In this document: in pieces, positions 60,373-64,000 of the stretch
Numbering within the stretch: position 1 is the first letter of the stretch
Layout of the letters: every line of letters begins with the position of its first letter
DNA from: Chiloscyllium plagiosum
Taxonomy: Eukaryota
Assembly (NCBI RefSeq): GCF_004010195.1
Contig: NC_057718.1
Location: 104,654,619 to 104,718,618 of the forward strand
Reading direction: 5' to 3'
Length of the DNA stretch: 64,000 nucleotides
Position numbers and translations under genes: made by a program
Notes under the pieces: model-generated
What the model was told of the DNA's origin: nothing
Database searches by the model: none
The model's input: the letters and a program-made list of their open reading frames with translations, nothing else

Positions 60373-62599
60373 ATGTGCTGTAGGTAGACCCACAATGCCC
60401 TTAGGGAGGGAATTCCAGGATTTTGACCCAGCGACAGTGATATATTTCCAAGTAAGGATGTTGAGTGGCTTGGAGGGAAACGTACAGGTGGAGGTGTTTC
60501 CATGTACCTGCTGCCCTTGTCCTTCTGGATGGAAGGGGTCGTGGGTTTGGAAGGTGCTGTCTGAGGATCTTTGGTGAATTTCTGCAGTGCATCTTGTAGA
60601 TGGTACACACTGCTGTTACTGGGCTTCGATGGTGGAGGGAGTGGGTCCCAGGTACCCTGGCTGATATTTATCATCCACAGAATCATACAGCACACAACCA
60701 AATCCTTTGGTCCAACCAGTCCGTGCTGAACATAATTCCAGACTAAATTGGTCCCAGTGCATGCTCCTGGCTCATCTCGCTCCAAGCCTTTCCTATTATC
60801 TCCTTATGGAGTTGCTGATTTGGGAGCTTGCTATGCGCAACATTGCTGCTGGAGTTCCTGCACGATCACACTCCAAAAGGCTGTCAGGAGGTGGCGATAG
60901 GCGCTGCAGAAATGCAAGTCCTTTATTTGAAGCTAATGCTGAAATGTGTCACAGTACGTGTTCCAGGAATCAAACCACGTTCTGATCGAAGATTTGGTTT
61001 GATTTTGCTGCTGTTATGTGCTTTACTAACCAGATGCCCTTTTCTGAATTCCGGGTTCCCCCATTGGTCGGGTGTTAGTGGAGGACACAGAGATACCGAT
61101 ATTTCAAGGGGGATTCCCCATTGCTGAGCTGGGTGGTAATTGTCAAATGGAGACGGCTGCAGACTGCAGCTCATGAGAGACTTTGATGCTGCTGCCGCCG
61201 CCAATGGAGAGTGTTAGTGTCTGTCTCTGAGGCTGGACCCAGACTAGAATTCGAGGCAGAGCCGGCTGAAGGCACAGTTTGGGTGGAGCAAGGCGAGGCT
61301 TTCTGCTTTTAATTGTAACTGTCCCCACACCAAATAGAGATCAAAGAAGGAAAGGAAGACGATAGATGAATCTTACAATTACTCGAACAAGCACTGATGT
61401 CGGTGGAGTTAAAAGGCGCAGGGTAACTCGAACTCTCTCCCACTTGGACCACTGGCCAGAGACAGGCACAGGATGTACTCTCATCAGCAGCTAATACTGC
61501 CTTTGGCCATCACATTGTTACAGTCCAGAAGGTGACCATTCGGCCCATTGTGTCTGCACTAGTCCTCCTAATGAACAGCTCACTGTGTGCCATTCTCCCA
61601 CTTTCTCTGCATCAACCTGCACACACTGCCTTTCTGGGAACAGACTAATTCCCTCTGGAGAGTGTCACTTGACCCTGTGCCTACCACAGTCTAAGGCACC
61701 GCGTTCCAGATGCCAAACATTCACTGCAGGAAAAAAAACCTTGCATTTCCAATTGTGTTAAACCTGCACTCTCTTGTCCTTGAATCCCTCAGCAGTGTTA
61801 AACCTTTGTTGAGAAAGTAAGATTGTAACCTGGGAGTAGAAATACAATGAATCAAAGCCTAAATATAAACTCTTTCTCCTGCTGGTTCTTACCCTGGAGT
61901 CAGGTATGCCCCCAGCTCTCTGCCACTCATTGAACAAACACTGGCACTGCACATTGGCACAATATTTCACCAAAGACCGTGTCAATCCCTGCAGTGATGC
62001 CAATGTCCTGTACTCTGACACTGCTCTACATTCTGTCCCTGATTATCCATGTCAGACTTGTTCAGAAACACTGAGAGAACCTGCAATTCAGGAGCTTCAT
62101 TGCAATAGCTGACATATGCTGGGAATCCACAAACACAAGGAAAGACTTTGGCACAAGCGGAATATGTGGTTGGTTGTGCTGTGGTAGGGTAGAGGTGGGT
62201 AGTTTGTTGAGATGGCAGTGTGTTGGTGGGGGCTGTTGTTATTAGTCGTATTGTTGTTAGCAGTGTTGAGGGATCGGCAATGACAGTCACAGCTGGGCAC
62301 CATTCCCATTATTTTGGGAGCTTTCAGGAGGTCATGGGATGAATTTGAGAGGAATAGGGCATAATCAGGATTTGGCTGTGCACCAGACTGCCTGATACTG
62401 CAGCACTCCCTCAGCTGCTCAAGTCAGACTAGAATCCACAGTCTGCATTAAAACCACGGCTGAGGGCAGTACGTGCAGTTATACAGTCAGGAATGGTCTG
62501 TTGCAGGAGGTCAGCAGGTCTCAGCTACATGTGCTCTGACACCACTGACAATCAGCATGACAGTTATCAATGAGATGTGAGCATCAATGGCTACCCATC

Positions 62600-62850
62600 T
62601 CTAATTACCTGAGTGGAGGCTAGGCCAGATAAGAACAACAGGTTTCCCTCCCGAAAGGATATTGGTGAGCCAGTTAGGTTTTACTGGTAAAGAAACACAG
62701 TGACTATCAGAGTAGCTTCTAACTTCCGATTGAATTAAACACAGATAATACCACCGGCCTGAGGAGGGGGTGATTTGGACCCATAACCCCACACTAGTGC
62801 TCCTGGATTACCAGCCCTGTGACAGGGCCACTACACCACAGCCTCCCTCT
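62600..62850 (-). mobile_element. Decayed SacSINE1-like SINE
   Basis: CTAATTACC...GGTTTCCCTCCCGAAAGGATATTGGTGAGCCAG...CCACTACACCACAGCCTCCC. Confidence 0.45.
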
Positions 62851-64000
62851 GCTTGTGGCGTAAGCTGCTGGCACAGAGATGGTGGATGGTGCAGACTGCT
62901 CACAGGTTCTGTGGGAAGTTAAGAGTTAATCTGCAAGGTTTCAAATCACTTTCCAAGAAATGCACCCAATCTGTGGGCAATTATAAATAAACCCAAACTG
63001 AGGGAATGATTATAACATGTTATATAGCCTCACCCTCAAATACAAATTGAAAAGTGGAATTTGTACTTCCTCAAATGGTTTGATAGCGTGGCCACTGACT
63101 CTGGAATTCACTCCCTAAAATTCTCCCCTTTTCTCTGTTTGAGTTTTCCTCTCTTTCCCCCTTTTGCCCCTCCCTGTCGCCCCTCGCTTCTCTCTCCTCT
63201 CATTCTGCCTCTGTACCACCCTCCTCCCTTCTCACCTTACCCTGTCTCTGCAATAACCCCTCCCTCTCTGTCTCTCCCTCCCCTCCATCTCCATCTTTTA
63301 AGGTGCTCCTCAATAGGTCTCTCTTTGAGCAGGTTCTGGGTCATCTGTCCCTGGGCCATCACCTCATCTGCATCATGGTTCAATGTTGTTTGAAACATGT
63401 TTGGATGTTTACTATGTTAAAGGTGCTATTTAAATGCACCTTGCTGGTGGAAGTACCCCACACAGGAGACTGTTTGGTTCAGTCCTGGCCCTGTGTTACT
63501 TGCAGCCCGCAGTAGCTGAGATGCTGTGATTGATCTCACTGACCCCGGCTGGTACCTGCTAAATCTCACTTGCTGTGTGATGACTGAGGGATGCATCAGG
63601 TTCAGAACTAAGGTTCTGCTGTTAAACTGCTCTCTGGTACTGGGAGGGGCAATCAATCCTGAAGCAGACGGCCAACACCCATGACCTGGGAATGAATTTT
63701 AAAAAGGAACCTCATGGCTAACTGCATTTGTGAAAGTAACAGGGAGGACAGTCAATGCAAATATAACTGATCATTGACACTCTGGTATTTCAAAGACCTC
63801 TGTGTTGTTACAACTTGTAAGTGAAGGGTGGATGAATGTAAGAGCAGCAGAAAGCTGCTATAGTGCGAATGAGGCACAGGAACAGTGGGAGGCCATTCGG
63901 CCCAATGAGCCTGACCTGTTGATGGCTGATCTAAGCCCGCTGTACCTGCCTTGATTCCATCCCTGTTGATAATAAAAGCTGATATTTCAAAGTTGCCGTC

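Overview
Repeat-rich vertebrate genomic DNA, most likely from a shark, judged from HE1-type tRNA SINEs, Deu-domain SacSINE-like SINEs and CR1/HER1-type LINEs. It has four large N gaps (14606-15508, 33052-33540, 45447-45914, 56084-56583). One complete protein-coding gene lies on the minus strand: an 8-exon ASCT-type neutral amino acid exchanger, best called SLC1A4/ASCT1. Its CDS runs 44217->19051 (1623 nt, 540 aa) with all GT-AG introns in phase, followed by a probable ~3.3 kb 3'UTR ending at a poly(A) signal near 15722. A GC-box/CCAAT promoter near 1000-1140 probably belongs to a neighbouring gene. The rest is decayed retroelements (CR1, L2, Rex-Babar, RTE, Tx1, Penelope-like), SINEs and mini/microsatellites. 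The main findings are: (1) a dispersed family of ~80-220 bp Penelope-derived mini-insertions with 14-17 bp target-site duplications, carrying a minimal hammerhead-ribozyme core with covarying stem II; (2) an ASCT2-type Cys at the substrate-selectivity position and an unusual Gly->Ala in HP2 of this ASCT1; (3) paired ATF4/C-EBP elements upstream of the gene; (4) several minisatellites that arose inside transposons.
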